A model generated the notes under the pieces. It was not told the origin of the DNA and searched no databases. It was given only the letters and a program-made list of their open reading frames with translations. From assembly GCA_963832165.1 (NCBI GenBank), contig CAWHTE010000007.1, positions 32,001 through 96,000 of the forward strand: a DNA stretch of 64,000 nt, given 5' to 3'. Positions 40,452 to 50,633 of the stretch are shown in pieces. Position 1 is the first letter of the stretch. Each line of letters opens with the position of its first letter. The DNA comes from an uncultured delta proteobacterium (GTDB lineage Bacteria; Myxococcota_A; UBA9160; SMWR01). A program made the position numbers and the translations under genes.

Positions 40452-43340
40452 CTAGCGCGGGGATCGCCGGCGCGCGCGGTCGAGCAGCGAGATCAGGGCC
40501 GCGCCGGATGCGAAGAGCAGGCCGCGCGCGGGCTCGGGGAAATAGTGCACGCTGAACGCGCCGCTGAGCTTGCCCGTGACGAGGTCGGGATCGGCGTCGC
40601 CATCGAGATCGCCGGTCGTGGGAGCCGAGCCGCTGCCGACATCAGCGCCCGCGAGCGGGCTCGCCGCGCCCGTGAGCGCGGCGAACGCCGCGCCGGTCGC
40701 GCTGCCGGTGTTGTTGAAGTAGGCGAAGCCCCCGGCGACCTCACCTGAGACGAGATCGAGATCACCGTCGCCGTCGAAGTCGCCGAGCGCGGCCGTCGAG
40801 AAGGACCCGGCGCCGTAGCCGTAGAACGGATTCGCAGGGCCCGTCTGCTCGCTGAACACCGGGCTCACGGCGTCGAGGACGTTCTCGTAGTAGTGGAAGC
40901 CGCCGAGCGCCTCGCCCGTCACCAGGTCGAGATCGCCGTCGCCGTCGAGATCGCCCAGCGCAGGAGTCGACCAGCCCGCCGGTACGAGCAGGGCGTCGAA
41001 TGGATTGCCGGAGCCCGTCTGCTCGGTGAACACCGGGCTCAACGGGCCGCCCCCGTTCTCGAAATAGAAGAACTCGCCCGCGAACTCGCCTGCAACGAAA
41101 TCGAGGTCGCCGTCCCCGTCGAGATCGCCGAACGCGGGACTGGAATAGTCGCCCACGTCCACGCCATCGAAGGGGTTGGCCGCCCCCGTGATCGCCGCGA
41201 ACGCGGGACGCGTCGCGCTGCCGGTGTTGCGGAAGTACCGGAACTGCCCGTCGCGATTGCCCGATACCAGGTCGGGATCGCCATCGCCGTCGAGGTCCCC
41301 CAGCGCAGGTGCGGAGAGCGTACCCGCGGTGAGCCCCACGAGCGGGTCCGCGCTGCCCGTGAGCTCGAATGCGGGGACGACCTGCGGGATGAAGTTCGCA
41401 AACGCCGTGAACGTGCCGTTCGAATTGCCCGACACGAGGTCGAGATCGCGGTCTCGATCGAGGTCGACGAACGCGGGCGTGGCTGCGAAGCCCCCCGCGG
41501 TCTCCCCATCGAGCGGGTTCTCCGGTCCCGAGCGCTCGATGAAGGCCGGGCTCGCCGCGCTGCCGGTGTTCTCGAAGAAGTGGAAGGCGCTGAACAGCTC
41601 GCCGATGAACAGATCGCGATCCCCGTCGCCGTCGACATCGCCCAGCGCTGGGACGGACTGACTCCCGATATCGACGCCATCGAGCGGGTTACCCGCGCCG
41701 ATCTGCTCCGCGAACGCCGGGGCCGCCGCGCTGCCCGTGTTGCGGTAGTAGCGCAGCGTGCCGTCGTCCACGCCCGCGAACAGATCGAGGTCGCCGTCCG
41801 CATCGAGGTCGGCGAGGCTCGGAGCCGCGCGGCCGCCGACATCCTGAGTGTTCAGCGGGTTCGACGCGCCCGTGAGCTCGGTGAACGCCGGGGTCGCGAG
41901 GCCGCCGGTGTTTCGGAAATAGCGGAAGGTGCCGTCGCTCGCGCCCGCGACGAGATCGATGCGGCCGTCGGCGTCGAGATCGGCGAGTGCGGGGATCGCC
42001 GAGTCCCCCACGTCACGGCCATCGAGCGGGTTCGCCGCACCCGTCTGCTCCGCGAACGCCGGGCTCGCCGCGCTGCCGGTGTTGCGGAAGAACCGGAAGG
42101 TGCCATCGAACTGGCCGGCGACGAGGTCGCGGTCGCCGTCGCCGTCGAGATCGCCGAACGAGGCGGCCGAGTCGCCTGCCAGGGTCGCACCCGCGAGCGG
42201 ATTCGCCGTGCCCGTGCGCGGCACCAGCTTCCCACCCAGATGCTCGAAGGCCGCGAAGACTCCGTTGGATTGGCCCGCGGCCAGATCGACGTCGCCGTCG
42301 CCGTCGTAGTCGCCGAACGAGGGGGCCGAGTCGCCTGGCAGGCCCGCACCCGCGAGCGGATTCGCAGCGCCGGTGCGCTGGATGAACTTGGGACTCGTCG
42401 CGCTGCCGGTGTTCTCGAACACCAGGAACGACCCGGCGAGCTCTCCCACGACGAGGTCCAGATCGCCGTCGCCATCGAGGTCGCCGAGGGCCGGGTTCGA
42501 GTTGCTTCCCAGATCCTGTCCGGGGAGCGGGTTCGACGCGCCCGTTGCGGCCGCGAACGCGGGGCTCACAGCGCTGCCAGTGTTGCGGAAGTAGAGGAGT
42601 GCGCCGCCCTGCTCGCCCGCGACCAGGTCGAGATCGCCGTCGCCGTCGAGATCGCCGAGTGCGGGGGCGGACGCGCTGCCCGCGCTCTGACTGTCCAGCG
42701 GGTTGCTCGAACCCGTGAGCGGGATGAACGCGGGGTTCGCCGCGTCGCCCGTGTTCCGGTAGGTGAAGAATGCCCCGTTCAGGGCCCCCGCGACGAGATC
42801 GAGATCGCCATCGCCGTCGAGATCGCCGAGCGCGGGCCGCGAAGTGTCTCCCACATCCTCGCCGTCCAGGCCCGAGCCCGCGAGCAGTGTGAACGAGCCG
42901 CCGAGCGCACTGCCGTTGTTCCGGAAGTACCGGAACTCGCCGTTCTGCTCACCCGCGATCCCGTCGAGGTCGCCGTCGCGGTCGAGGTCGCCGAGCGCGA
43001 GCGATGTCTGGCTCAGGCCCGCGGAGAGACCCTCGAACGGGTTCGCTGCGCCCGTGAGCACCCGGAACGGCACGAGCTCCGCGCGCACGGGCGCTGCGCC
43101 GAGCCCGAGCAGTGCCACCGCGAGCAGCGACGACGCGCCTACGCTGCGCAGCACCCACACGAGGTAGCCCGAATCGCGGCGATGGCGGCGCACGAAGCAC
43201 CGCGCCGCCGCGCGCACCTGCTGGCGCGTGGCCGCGCCGCGCGCGCTCGCGAAGAGCGCCCGTTCGCAGGCCGTGGCGAGCGCGACCGATCCTTGTTTAT
43301 TCAAGGTCCGCCCCGAATAGCAGCTGGGGAAGGATCTCAC
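40452..43340 (-). CDS. FG-GAP/VCBS repeat surface protein (15 repeats) with PEP-CTERM-like tail
   Basis: Fifteen (G/A/V)D(L/Y/V/F)DxDxxxD Ca-binding blades of about 57 aa; C-terminus FPEPARGLLFASGAALISLLDRARRRSPR. Confidence 0.9.
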   Translation of the reverse strand: MRSFPSCYSGRTLNKQGSVALATACERALFASARGAATRQQVRAAARCFVRRHRRDSGYLVWVLRSVGASSLLAVALLGLGAAPVRAELVPFRVLTGAANPFEGLSAGLSQTSLALGDLDRDGDLDGIAGEQNGEFRYFRNNGSALGGSFTLLAGSGLDGEDVGDTSRPALGDLDGDGDLDLVAGALNGAFFTYRNTGDAANPAFIPLTGSSNPLDSQSAGSASAPALGDLDGDGDLDLVAGEQGGALLYFRNTGSAVSPAFAAATGASNPLPGQDLGSNSNPALGDLDGDGDLDLVVGELAGSFLVFENTGSATSPKFIQRTGAANPLAGAGLPGDSAPSFGDYDGDGDVDLAAGQSNGVFAAFEHLGGKLVPRTGTANPLAGATLAGDSAASFGDLDGDGDRDLVAGQFDGTFRFFRNTGSAASPAFAEQTGAANPLDGRDVGDSAIPALADLDADGRIDLVAGASDGTFRYFRNTGGLATPAFTELTGASNPLNTQDVGGRAAPSLADLDADGDLDLFAGVDDGTLRYYRNTGSAAAPAFAEQIGAGNPLDGVDIGSQSVPALGDVDGDGDRDLFIGELFSAFHFFENTGSAASPAFIERSGPENPLDGETAGGFAATPAFVDLDRDRDLDLVSGNSNGTFTAFANFIPQVVPAFELTGSADPLVGLTAGTLSAPALGDLDGDGDPDLVSGNRDGQFRYFRNTGSATRPAFAAITGAANPFDGVDVGDYSSPAFGDLDGDGDLDFVAGEFAGEFFYFENGGGPLSPVFTEQTGSGNPFDALLVPAGWSTPALGDLDGDGDLDLVTGEALGGFHYYENVLDAVSPVFSEQTGPANPFYGYGAGSFSTAALGDFDGDGDLDLVSGEVAGGFAYFNNTGSATGAAFAALTGAASPLAGADVGSGSAPTTGDLDGDADPDLVTGKLSGAFSVHYFPEPARGLLFASGAALISLLDRARRRSPR

Positions 43341-43356
43341 GCCCGCCCGGGATGGC

Positions 43357-45594
43357 TCAAGTGGAAACGGGAATCCTGCGCGACGAACTGCTCTCCGAAC
43401 GATGGCGCCAGATCGCGTGATAGGCGGACTCGAGCTGGCGCGCGAAGCCGGGGAGGTCGAAGAGCGGAGCCGAGTCGCACGCTTCGATGAGCCGCTTGCG
43501 CACTGCTGCTAGTTCTTGCGGGCGGGTCGCCCACACGACCGCCCGTTCCTCGTAGGCGCGGGAATCTTCACAAATCGCCTCGGGAATCCCGGCCGACGTG
43601 CACAGGCTCGCCCCGATCCGGGAGACGAAGCGATCGCCGGGTCTCGTGAGCACGGGCAGCCCCGCGCACAGCGCACCGATTGCGGTGGCGCCCGCGTTGT
43701 ACGCGAAGGTGTCGAGGAACAGGTCGGCCGCGCGATAGCGCGCCAGGTAGTGCGGCAGCGGGGCGCGCGGCGCGAAGACGAGCCGGGCCGGATCGACACC
43801 GCTCTGTTTCGCCGCGCTCGCGAGGTTCGCGCGCGCGGTGGCCGAACCCTCGTCGGGCAGCCAGAGCACGCTCTCGGGCACGCGCGCGAGGATGCGCATC
43901 CACGTGGCGAACGTCTCGGCATCGAGCTTGTACAGGCCGTTCATGCAGCAGAACACGAATGCGCGCTCGGGCAGGCCGAGCTCGGCGCGCGGCGGCGCCG
44001 GCGCGATCGACAGCGGCGACGCGGGCGCGAATCCGCGCGGAAGCGCGACGATCGTCTCGCTGAACTGCTCGGCGTGTTCTTCTGGAACGGCGCGATCGTC
44101 GGCGAGGATGTAGGGCAGGAAGTCGGCTCCGAGCGTGCCGAGATGGCCGAGCCAGTGCACCTGCACGGGCGCGGGGCGCAGCGCGAAGATCGCGGGGCGC
44201 GAGTAGGTGGTGTAGCCCGCGAGGTCGACGAGCACGTCGATGCGGTCCGCGTAGATGCGCCGCGCTACCGCCTCGGGCGACTCGCGCGACACGTCGCGGA
44301 ACTCGTCGACGCCTGCGCGGATCCGACGCGAGATCGCGTCGTCGACGGACACGAGCGAGTAGGCGTGCACCGAGACCGCACCGCGGTCGTGGTGGCGGAA
44401 CAGATCGCAGATCAGCGTTCCGACAGCGTGGGTGCGGAAGTCGGGCGAGACGTAGCCGACGCGCAGGCGTTCGGGCTCGCGCTGCGCAGGAGCGTGGCGG
44501 AACGCGCAGCGCGCGCGCGCCGCGGCGGTCTCGCGCTCGATCCCCGCGCCGAGATGCCGCGCCACCGCGAGCCGCAGCGGCGCCGGGATCGGCAGCACTT
44601 CGAGCGCGAGCGACGGCAGGCCGCGCTCTGGCGCGCCGCGCACGACGGCTTCGACCTGCGCCGCGAGCTCTCGCATGCGCTCGGCCTCGCCGCTCCAGTC
44701 GCAGAGCCGGCGCGCCACGACGGCCAGGTGACAGCTCGCCTCTGCGGCGAGGTGGGGCGCGCGATCGCGCGCAGCCTCGAACGCCGCGCGCGCCTCCTCG
44801 GCGCGGCCGAGGTCGTCGAGCAGCTTGGCGCGGTTGAAGTGCGCCTCGCCGAGGCCGGGTTCGAGGTCCGTCGCACGCTCGAAGCAGGCGAGCGCGCCGT
44901 CGACGTTGCCGCGCAGCTGGTAGAGCGCGCCGAGGTCATTGAACGCGCCTGCGCGCTGCGGCACGGCGCCGATGAGCTGCTCGAGACACGCGATCGCCTC
45001 GTCGACGCGACCCTCGCGCCGCAACAGATGGGCCAGCTCGGAGAGCAGGTGAGGCTCTTGCGGTGCCGCCTCGAGCGCGCGATCCAGACACGCCTCCGCG
45101 TCGGCGACTTGTCCCGTGCGCGCGAGCAGGCCCGCCAGCGCGAGCGCCGCGGGCGCGAGGCCGGGATGGAGCGAGAGTGCGCGCTCGAGCGCGTCGCGTG
45201 CGAAATTCGTGCTTCCGGACTCGAGCAGCAGCGCGCCGAGGTTGTGGTGCGCGAGCGCGTAATCGGGATCGCGTTCGATCGAGTCGCGATAGGCGCGCTC
45301 GGCCGCGTCGCCCTCGCCGAGCGCGCGCAGCGCGTTGCCGAGGTTGTTGTGGTAGACCGCCGAGTCGGGCCGCGCCGCGATCGCGGCGCGCAACAGCTCC
45401 ACCGCGCGCGCGGGCTCACCCGAGTCGTTGCACAGCACGCCGAGCCCGTGCAGCGCGCGCGGCTCGTCGGGCGCGAGGCGCAGCACTTCCTCGTAGAGCG
45501 GGCGGGCCTTGTCGAGCCGCCCGGCCTTGTGCAGGCGCAGCGCCTCCTGGAGCCAACCCGCGAGCTTGCGCGCGTCGCCCGCGCGCTGCGTCAC
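43357..45594 (-). CDS. TPR-repeat GT41 glycosyltransferase (OGT/SPINDLY-like)
   Basis: Multiple TPRs (HNNLGNAL, FNDLGAL), then LRVGYVSPDFRTHAVG, IDVLVDLAGYT, RPAPVQVHWLG, DLFLDTFAYNAGAT and SRIGAS. Confidence 0.93.
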   Translation of the reverse strand: MTQRAGDARKLAGWLQEALRLHKAGRLDKARPLYEEVLRLAPDEPRALHGLGVLCNDSGEPARAVELLRAAIAARPDSAVYHNNLGNALRALGEGDAAERAYRDSIERDPDYALAHHNLGALLLESGSTNFARDALERALSLHPGLAPAALALAGLLARTGQVADAEACLDRALEAAPQEPHLLSELAHLLRREGRVDEAIACLEQLIGAVPQRAGAFNDLGALYQLRGNVDGALACFERATDLEPGLGEAHFNRAKLLDDLGRAEEARAAFEAARDRAPHLAAEASCHLAVVARRLCDWSGEAERMRELAAQVEAVVRGAPERGLPSLALEVLPIPAPLRLAVARHLGAGIERETAAARARCAFRHAPAQREPERLRVGYVSPDFRTHAVGTLICDLFRHHDRGAVSVHAYSLVSVDDAISRRIRAGVDEFRDVSRESPEAVARRIYADRIDVLVDLAGYTTYSRPAIFALRPAPVQVHWLGHLGTLGADFLPYILADDRAVPEEHAEQFSETIVALPRGFAPASPLSIAPAPPRAELGLPERAFVFCCMNGLYKLDAETFATWMRILARVPESVLWLPDEGSATARANLASAAKQSGVDPARLVFAPRAPLPHYLARYRAADLFLDTFAYNAGATAIGALCAGLPVLTRPGDRFVSRIGASLCTSAGIPEAICEDSRAYEERAVVWATRPQELAAVRKRLIEACDSAPLFDLPGFARQLESAYHAIWRHRSESSSSRRIPVST

Positions 45595-45646
45595 ATAGCT
45601 GTCCTCCGGTGGCCAAGATACCTGGGAGTGCCAGAATCCCGCACCG

Positions 45647-46720
45647 ATGGCTGCGCCCACCCCTACGACGCCGTTCACCTTCGCGCACACGCCGCAGCTG
45701 CCCGAGATCCTGGCCGAGCTCGGCTGCTCGCTGGTCGTCTCCACCTACCAAGCCGGCAAGGTGATCGTGATCCGCTCGGACGGCGAGCGCCTCGTTCAGC
45801 TGCCGCGCACATTCGACGAGCCGATGGGACTCGCGGTGGACGGCGACCGCATGGCCGTTGCGACCAAGCACTCGCTCGTGCTGCTCGCGAACGAGCCGCG
45901 CCTCGCGGCGTCGTATCCGCGCCAACCCGACACCTACGATGCGCTGTTCGTGCCGCGCTCGGTACACCACTGCGGCGCGCTCGCGGTGCACGACATGGTC
46001 TTCACCGAGCACGGGCTCGTCGGCGTGAACACGCTGTTCTCGTGCCTGTTCCAGCTCGACCCGCGCTTCAGCTTCCGGCCCGTCTGGAAGCCGCGCTTCG
46101 TCTCCGCGCTCGCACCCGAAGACCGCTGCCATCTGAACGGGCTCGCGCTCGAGGGCGGTGCGCCGCGCTACGTCACCGCGCTCGGCACCACCGACACCGC
46201 GGGCGGATGGCGCGCGAACAAGGAGCGCGGCGGCGTGCTCGTGGACGTGGCGAGCGGAGAGGTGATGCTCTCCGGGCTCGCGATGCCGCATTCACCGCGC
46301 GTGTACGACGGAACGCTCTACGCGCTGCTCTCGGCCACGGGCGAGGTGATCGCGGTGGACACCGCACGCGGTCAGTTCGAAGTGGTGCACCGCGTCGACG
46401 GCTTCGCGCGCGGGCTCGCGCGCTGCGGCGACTACTTGTTCGTGGGCACCTCGAAGATCCGCAAGCAGCACACCTTCGGCGATCTTCTTCTCGCGGGACG
46501 GCGCGAGGTGTTCTGCGGCATCACGCTGCTGCACCTGCCGACGGGCGCGTTCGTGGCCGACCTGCGCTACCAGCGCACCTGCGAGGAGATCTACGACGTG
46601 CAGGTGCTGCCGCAGCTGCGCCGCCCGGGCCTGCTCGGACTGCACGACGACGCGTACCGCCGCGCGCTGTCGACGCCGGACCAGGTGTTCTGGGGTCGCG
46701 AGCGCGAGTCGGACGACTGA
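45647..46720 (+). CDS. TIGR03032-family (DUF4915) protein
   Basis: SLVVSTYQAGK, PMGL, VNTLFSCL, PEDRCHLNGLA, GLAMPHSPR, GFARGL and EIYDVQVLP. Confidence 0.9.
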   Translation: MAAPTPTTPFTFAHTPQLPEILAELGCSLVVSTYQAGKVIVIRSDGERLVQLPRTFDEPMGLAVDGDRMAVATKHSLVLLANEPRLAASYPRQPDTYDALFVPRSVHHCGALAVHDMVFTEHGLVGVNTLFSCLFQLDPRFSFRPVWKPRFVSALAPEDRCHLNGLALEGGAPRYVTALGTTDTAGGWRANKERGGVLVDVASGEVMLSGLAMPHSPRVYDGTLYALLSATGEVIAVDTARGQFEVVHRVDGFARGLARCGDYLFVGTSKIRKQHTFGDLLLAGRREVFCGITLLHLPTGAFVADLRYQRTCEEIYDVQVLPQLRRPGLLGLHDDAYRRALSTPDQVFWGRERESDD

Positions 46721-46729
46721 GCGACGAAA

Positions 46730-46762
46730 GGCGGGATCCGCCTTCGGCTCCTCCCGCCCTAC
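46730..46762 (-). repeat. GTAG-type REP element
   Basis: GGCGGGATCCGCCTTCGGCTCCTCCCGCCCTAC, nearly identical to 35839-35870; supplies the TAG stop of rpmB. Confidence 0.75.
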
Positions 46763-47058
46763 GAAGAAGCGGGGACACCGCCCATCGCCTTGTGGACGCG
46801 GCGCTTGAGGCGCTGTCCCACCGGACCGAGCTTCGAGGCGTCCATGTCGACGAGGAAGCGGTCGATTCCACCGTGCTTCTGCACGGTGCGGATCGCGCGC
46901 GTCGTCACGCGCAGCCCCACGTCGTGCTTGAGCGCCTCGCTGTAGAAAGTGACCTGCTGCAGGTTCGGGTTGAAACGGCGCTTGGTGCGCCGGTTCGAGT
47001 GGGACACGCTGTGTCCGAACTGCGGCTTGGTGCCGAGGAGATCGCACTGACGAGCCAT
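46759..47058 (-). CDS. rpmB: 50S ribosomal protein L28
   Basis: [34 protein letters not shown]. Confidence 0.96.
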   Translation of the reverse strand: MARQCDLLGTKPQFGHSVSHSNRRTKRRFNPNLQQVTFYSEALKHDVGLRVTTRAIRTVQKHGGIDRFLVDMDASKLGPVGQRLKRRVHKAMGGVPASS

Positions 47059-47065
47059 CGCGTCC

Positions 47066-47317
47066 CTACTTCTTCGTGGTCTTGCCGTAGCGGCGGCGGA
47101 AGCGGTCGATCTTTCCGTCGTGATCGAGCTCGCGCATCGTGCCGGTCCAGAACGGATGGCTGTGCGACGAGATGTCGAGGTGGATCACGGGCACCTGCTC
47201 GCCGTCGATCTCGCGCATGTCCGACGACTTCATCGTCGAGCGGCTGACCCACTCGTTGCCGGTGGCCGAGTCGACGAACACCACCTTGTGATAATCGGGA
47301 TGGATGCCTTCCTTCAT
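47066..47317 (-). CDS. rpmE2: 50S ribosomal protein L31 type B (no Cys)
   Basis: [16 protein letters not shown]...[12 protein letters not shown]...[10 protein letters not shown]. Confidence 0.95.
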   Translation of the reverse strand: MKEGIHPDYHKVVFVDSATGNEWVSRSTMKSSDMREIDGEQVPVIHLDISSHSHPFWTGTMRELDHDGKIDRFRRRYGKTTKK

Positions 47318-47321
47318 GGCC

Positions 47322-47627
47322 CTACCAGCTCGACTTCCGCACGCCCGGGAGCTGGCCCTTCAGCGCGAGCTCGCGCAATGCGATGCGCGAGATCGAGAAT
47401 TTGCGGTAGTAGCTGCGCGACCGGCCCGAAATCTCACAGCGCCGGTTGAGCCGCGTCGGACACGAGTTGCGCGGCAGCTTCGCGAACTTTTGCTGCGCTT
47501 CGAGCTTGTCGTCCATCGAGGCCTCGGGATCCTTGAGCACCTTGCGCAGCGCGGCGCGCTTCGCGGCGTGCTTCTTGATCAGCTTCTTCCGGCGCCTGTC
47601 GCGAAGCACCTGAGAGGTCTTGGCCAC
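47322..47627 (-). CDS. rpsN: 30S ribosomal protein S14 (long, zinc-ribbon-less form)
   Basis: 101 aa; MAKTS...[27 protein letters not shown]...LPGVRKSSW. Confidence 0.97.
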   Translation of the reverse strand: MAKTSQVLRDRRRKKLIKKHAAKRAALRKVLKDPEASMDDKLEAQQKFAKLPRNSCPTRLNRRCEISGRSRSYYRKFSISRIALRELALKGQLPGVRKSSW

Positions 47628-47762
47628 TTATCGCTCCTGGATCCGCGCAATGGGCGCGAGGGTTCGGCGGGTCGGGAAAGCTATCGAGCAGCCCGGGGGG
47701 TCGCAAGTCGGCGCCCGCGGGGGTCCTATCTCTATCCGAGGATGGGTCGAGCGCACTGGATT

Positions 47763-47796
47763 GGCGGATCACGCCCGTTGGGCTAATCCGCCCTAC
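47763..47796 (-). repeat. GTAG-type REP element
   Basis: Reverse complement GTAGGGCGGATTAGCCCAACGGGCGTGATCCGCC. Confidence 0.75.
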
Positions 47797-47823
47797 TCCT
47801 CTTTCATTTCCGGGGTTTGCAGG

Positions 47824-50482
47824 TTGTCCGACGACCGCCCGCGCCACCGCGCGATCGATCCGAATACCTTGCCCAAGCACTTCGAGGCGGCGGCCGCGGA
47901 GCAGCGCTGGCACGCGGTCTGGCAGGAGAGCCGGATCTATCACTACGACCCTTCCCGCCCGCGCGCCGAGACGTTCGTGATCGACACCCCGCCGCCGACC
48001 GCCTCGGGGTCGCTGCACCCGGGTCACGTCTTCTCCTACACCCACACCGACCTCATCGCGCGCTACCGGCGCATGGCGGGCCAGAACGTCTTCTACCCGA
48101 TGGGCTGGGACGACAACGGCCTGCCCACCGAGCGCCGCGTCCAGAACTACTTCCACATCCGCTGCGACCCGAGTGCGCCCTACGAGCCGGGCCTCGAGCT
48201 CGCCGAGGCGAGCGCGAAAGACCGCAAGGAGCCGCCGCGCCAGGTGTCGCGCCCGAACTTCATCGAGGCGTGCGAGCGCGTGACGCGCGAAGACGAGCGC
48301 TCGTTCAAGGCGCTCTGGCAGCGGCTCGGACTCTCGATCGATTGGCGGCACGAGTACCAGACGATCGATCCGCGCTCGCGGCGCGTCGCGCAGTACTCGT
48401 TTCTCGATCTGTTCGCGAAGGGTCACGTCGAGAGCCGCCATGCGCCCACGATGTGGGACGTCGACTTCCAATGCGCAGTCGCGCAGGCCGAGCTCGAAGA
48501 TCGCGAGCGGCCCGGCGCCTATCACGACATCGAGTTCGGGGTGGAGGGCGGCGGCGCGTTTGCGATCTCCACCACGCGCCCGGAGCTGCTCGCGGCGTGC
48601 GTGGGCGTCACCGCGCACCCGAATGACGCGCGCTATCAGAAGTGGTTCGGCAAGCGCGCGATCACGCCGCTGTTCCGCGTTCCGGTGCCGATCTTCCCGA
48701 GCGAGAAGGCCGATCCCGAGAAGGGCACCGGCATCCTCATGGTGTGCACGTTCGGCGACGCCACCGACGTGGAGTGGTGGCGCGAGAATCGCCTGGCGCT
48801 GCGCCAGCTCGTGCAGCGCAACGGGCGGCTCGCGGCCGTGGAGTTCGGGAGCGAAGGCTACGAGAGCCTCGATCCCGAGAGCGCCAACCGCTATTACGCC
48901 CAGCTCGCGGGCAAGAACGTCGCGCAGGCGCAGAAGATCTCCGTCGAGCTGCTGCGCGATCCGGCCGGCAGCGCCACCGGCAGTGGTGCGCCGCTGCGCG
49001 GCGAGCCGAAGCCGATCTCGCACGCGGTGAAGTTCTACGAGAAGGGCGACCGCCCGCTCGAGTTCGTTCCGACGCGCCAGTGGTTCGTTCGACTGCTCGA
49101 GCACCGCGAAGCCCTGCTCGCCAAGGGCGCCGAGGTGCACTGGCATCCGAACGCACATGGCGAAGCGCTACGAGGACTGGACGCGCAACCTGAACGCGGA
49201 CTGGTGCGTCTCGCGACAGCGCTATTTCGGCGTTCCGATCCCGGTGTGGTACCCGCTCGACGCCTCCGGCGAGCGCGACTACGCGCACCCGATCCTGCCC
49301 AGCGCGGATCTCGCTGCCCGTGGACCCCACCACGGATCTGCCGCCGGGCTACATTCGGCCGATCAGCGCGAGCAGCCGGGCGGCTTCTCGGCGGAGACCG
49401 ATATCTTCGACACCTGGTTCACGAGCTCGCTCACGCCGCAGATCAGCTCGCACTGGATCACCGACCCGGCGCGCTACGCGGCGCTGTTTCCGGCCGACCT
49501 GCGACCGCAGGGCCAGGACATCATCCGCACCTGGGCGTTCTACACGATCGCAAAGGCGCTGCTGCACGAGAACTCGGTGCCGTGGCATCACATCGCCGTG
49601 TCGGGCTTCATCACCGATCCCGACCGCAAGAAGATGTCGAAGAGCAAGGGCAACGTGACCACGCCGCTTCCGCTCCTCGACGAGTACACGGCCGACGGCG
49701 TGCGCTACTGGGCCGCGAGCGCTCGGCTCGGCGTCGATACTGCGCTGGACGAGCAGGTGTTCAAGATCGGCAAGCGCCTGGTCACGAAGATCTTCAACGC
49801 GGGCAAGTTCGTGCTCGCGCAGGAAGCCGACGTGGCGCCGATCTCGGACGAGCTCGACCGCGCATTCACGGCGAAGCTCTTCGCACTCGTCCTGCGCTCG
49901 ACGCACAACTTCGAGACCTTCCAGCACGCGCTGGTGCTCCAGGAGGTGGAGACCTTCTTCTGGTCCCACTTCACCGACACCTACCTCGAGCTCGCCAAGG
50001 TCCGCGCGCGCAGCGACACGAACACCGCGGGCCGCGGCTCGGCAGTGGCGACGCTGCGACTCGGCCTCGACGTGCTGCTGCGCCTGTTCGCGCCGTTCCT
50101 GCCGTTCATCAGCGAAGAGGTGTGGTCGTGGGCGTTCGCCGCCGAGAAGGGCCAGCCGAGCATTCATGCCGCGCCGTGGCCGAGCGAGCGCGACTTCGCG
50201 CGCGTGCCCGAGCCCGCCGCGCCCGAGAGCTTCGACCTCGCAGTCGCGTGCTGGAACGCGATCCTCAAGGCGAAGTCCGACGGCGCGGTGTCGATGGGGC
50301 GAGAAGTGGAGCGGCTCGTGATCGCGGCGAACGCGGAGACGCTCGCTGCGTTGACTAGCGTGCTCCCCGACGTGCTCGCAGCTGCGCGCTGCCACGCACA
50401 CACGCTCGCGACCGACGACGCGCTCGCCGACGGCGCAATCGCGATCCGCGACGCGATTTTCGCGGAGCGCGCCGAGGGTTAG
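47824..50482 (+). CDS. valS: Valine--tRNA ligase (short type-2 form); frameshifts near 49150 and 49310-49360
   Basis: DTPPPTASGSLHPGH (HIGH), GWDDNGLPTE, TTRPE, DWCVSRQRYFG, DTWFTSS and KMSKS; pieces lie in different frames. Confidence 0.95.
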
Positions 50483-50633
50483 GCGATCGTTCGCCTCGCG
50501 AACTACTGACAGGGGTCGGGGCGAGTCCGGACGGCACCGCACCCCTTCCGCGCTCGCGCATGCCGGAGTAGGTTTTCGCTGCGCGACCCCGGTGGCCGCC
50601 TGGGATCGATGACGACACCACTCATCACCCGAG

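Noticed and set aside
40452..43340. Regularly spaced DNA repeats (tcgagatcgccgtcgccgtcgagatcgccg) as a CRISPR array
   Set aside because: They are codons of the FG-GAP protein repeats with ~170 bp period and synonymous variation; no cas genes are present.
43516..47247. Long antisense and alternative-frame ORFs (e.g. 1243 aa at 43516-47247)
   Set aside because: Arg/Ala-rich shadow ORFs expected at this GC content, overlapping well-supported genes.
47627..47824. T-box riboswitch upstream of valS
   Set aside because: No T-box AAGGTGGTACC-like motif or terminator; the hairpin present is a GTAG REP.
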